Assembly: GCA_965203055.1 (NCBI GenBank) | Contig: OZ241863.1 | Location: 3,520,001-3,584,000, forward strand | Source: Spirochaetia bacterium | Lineage (GTDB): Bacteria > Spirochaetota > Spirochaetia > SZUA-6 > Bin103 | DNA: 64,000 bases | Direction of reading: 5' to 3' | Shown here: positions 62,343-64,000 of the stretch, one piece after another | How positions within the stretch are numbered: position 1 is the stretch's first letter | How the letters are laid out: every line of letters starts with the position of its first letter | Position numbers and translations under genes: made by a program | Notes under the pieces: model-generated | What the model saw: only the letters and a program-made list of their open reading frames with translations | Told to the model about the DNA's origin: nothing | Database searches by the model: none

Positions 62343-63950
62343 ATGACACCCATCCGCATCTTTGTCAGCAGCGTACAGAGCGAGTTTGCCGAGGAGCGGA
62401 ACACGTTACGAGCCTACCTCCGTGACGACGTTCTCATGCGCCGGTTCTTCGATGTATTTCTGTTTGAAGATGCCCCGGCGAAGGATCACACTCCCGATCA
62501 CCTATATCTGGAAGAAGTTGGGCGTTCGGACATCTATCTGGGGCTGTTCGGTCACGAATATGGGAGTGAATATGGCACAGGAATATCGCCAACCGAACGG
62601 GAGTTCGACCATGCCACCCGAGTCGGCTCACATCGCCTTATCTTCGTGAAAGGAGCCGATGGCGGCTCACGGCATCCGAAGATGAAATCGCTGATCGCCA
62701 AAGCCCAATCGGGACTGATCAGGAAGCGGTTCAACACCATCGCGGAGTTGCAGGCAGGCGTGTATGCGGCGTTGGTGGAGTATCTGGAAACCAGGGAAAT
62801 GATCCGTTGGGGACCGTTTGACGCGGCCCCGTGCCGCAACACCGCGCTGGATGATCTCGACTTCGAGCGGATGGCGCAGTTCATTCGCACGGCACGCCAA
62901 GTTCGCCAATTCCCGCTTCCGGAGGGGACTCCGCCTCGGCAGTTGTTGGAGCACCTGAATCTGCTGAGCGGCAATCGGATCACGAATGCCGCGGTGTTGT
63001 TATTTGGAAAGAAGCCGCAACGATTCTTGATTTCCTCTGAGATAAGGTGCGCTCATTTCCATGGAACCGAGGTCGCCAAACCCATTCCATCGTACCAAGT
63101 GTACAAGGGTACTGCGTTTGATCTGGTCGATCAGGCGACTGATTTCGTGCTCAGCAAGATAAACCGGTCGATCGGCACCCGCGCGGAAAGTGCTCGGGCG
63201 CCCCGAACGTATGAGATCCCGGTGGAAGTGGTTACCGAGGCGATCGTCAACGCCGTGGCTCACCGAGATTACACGGAGAACGGCAGCGTGCAGGTCATGC
63301 TGTTCGCGGACCGCCTGGAAGTGCGAAATCCCGGACGACTCCCGCCGCCGCTGACCCTGGAGAGACTGCGTGAGGCGCATCGGTCGGTGCCCGGCAACCC
63401 GTTACTTGCGGAGTCGCTGTACTTGATGGATTACATCGAACGCATGGGTACGGGGACGCTGGACATGATTCGACGTTGCGTTGCCGCGGGACTGCCGGAA
63501 CCGGAGTTCGCCGTCACGGACGGATTCGTCACGACTGTTTGGCGGGCGTCAGCCAACGCGGGAGTTCCCGGCTTCGGCGACACGCAGATGTTGGCGGTGG
63601 CAGAGTCCTCACCTGGGGTGCAAGCCGGGGGCCATGGTGAGGGCCAAGCTGAGGGCCATGCAGGCCAAGCTGCGCCATCCGGGAAGGACGCCGCTCTGCT
63701 TCGCGCGTGCATCGACGGTCCCGTTCCCGGTGAAGCGCTATTGACGGCCGCCGGCTACGCGCACCGCACCGGGCACTTCCGCAGATGGCTCGGTCGGCTC
63801 CAGCGTGAAGGACTACTGGAAATGACCGTTCCCGACAAGCCGCGCAGCCCCGCGCAGAAGTACCGGCTGACGAACAAGGGGCTACGGGCCATCGCCACTG
63901 CCGACGGAGGCCGCGACGAACTGAACGGCAGGCCATCGCAACGACTGTGA
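62343..63950 (+). CDS. DUF4062 + RecG-C/HATPase-like + C-terminal winged-helix protein
   Basis: IFVSSVQSEFAEER, YLGLFG.EYG, PTEREFD; EAIVNAVAHRDY, LEVRNPG, ERMGTG; PDKPRSPAQKYRLT. Confidence 0.85.
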   Translation: MTPIRIFVSSVQSEFAEERNTLRAYLRDDVLMRRFFDVFLFEDAPAKDHTPDHLYLEEVGRSDIYLGLFGHEYGSEYGTGISPTEREFDHATRVGSHRLIFVKGADGGSRHPKMKSLIAKAQSGLIRKRFNTIAELQAGVYAALVEYLETREMIRWGPFDAAPCRNTALDDLDFERMAQFIRTARQVRQFPLPEGTPPRQLLEHLNLLSGNRITNAAVLLFGKKPQRFLISSEIRCAHFHGTEVAKPIPSYQVYKGTAFDLVDQATDFVLSKINRSIGTRAESARAPRTYEIPVEVVTEAIVNAVAHRDYTENGSVQVMLFADRLEVRNPGRLPPPLTLERLREAHRSVPGNPLLAESLYLMDYIERMGTGTLDMIRRCVAAGLPEPEFAVTDGFVTTVWRASANAGVPGFGDTQMLAVAESSPGVQAGGHGEGQAEGHAGQAAPSGKDAALLRACIDGPVPGEALLTAAGYAHRTGHFRRWLGRLQREGLLEMTVPDKPRSPAQKYRLTNKGLRAIATADGGRDELNGRPSQRL

Positions 63951-64000
63951 CAGGCCAAGCGTTTCGATGGGACCGTGACCTGCCATGAAGGAGAAGCTGG

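Overview
High-GC bacterial chromosomal window. The taxon is probably Spirochaetota (inferred from an archaeal-type UMP kinase, LolA, and spirochaete-style hypotheticals near rplM and uvrD). Core genes: eno (partial), rpsI-rplM, uvrD, lolA, pyrH, argS, tRNA-Leu(CAA), fabD-G-F, fabH, murB, katG, glpK-glpD and gap. Metabolic loci: a Fur/Zur-regulated metal-binding protein with an ~84-aa His/Asp/Glu loop, a Gfo/IolE/Gfo sugar-oxidation cluster, and an NAD-linked formate dehydrogenase whose catalytic subunit is a selenoprotein (in-frame UGA plus SECIS, missed by the ORF track) with its N-terminal Fe-S module split into a downstream gene. Accessory/defence islands: (i) an orphan BREX-2-type PglX methyltransferase between two convergent Rpn nucleases, each with an internal SD+ATG for a small antitoxin; (ii) vapBC plus two orphan genes, one a threefold repeat protein; (iii) a SAMHD1-like HD dNTPase plus a YwgA-like partner; (iv) an XRE regulator, a type I-like N6-MTase and a DUF4062 gene at the right edge. 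The best unexplained non-coding signal is a pair of sibling structured elements at 53.2-53.5 kb, 210 bp apart, whose identical terminator-like hairpins display the 16S anti-Shine-Dalgarno sequence in the loop. All calls were made by eye; no database searches were run.
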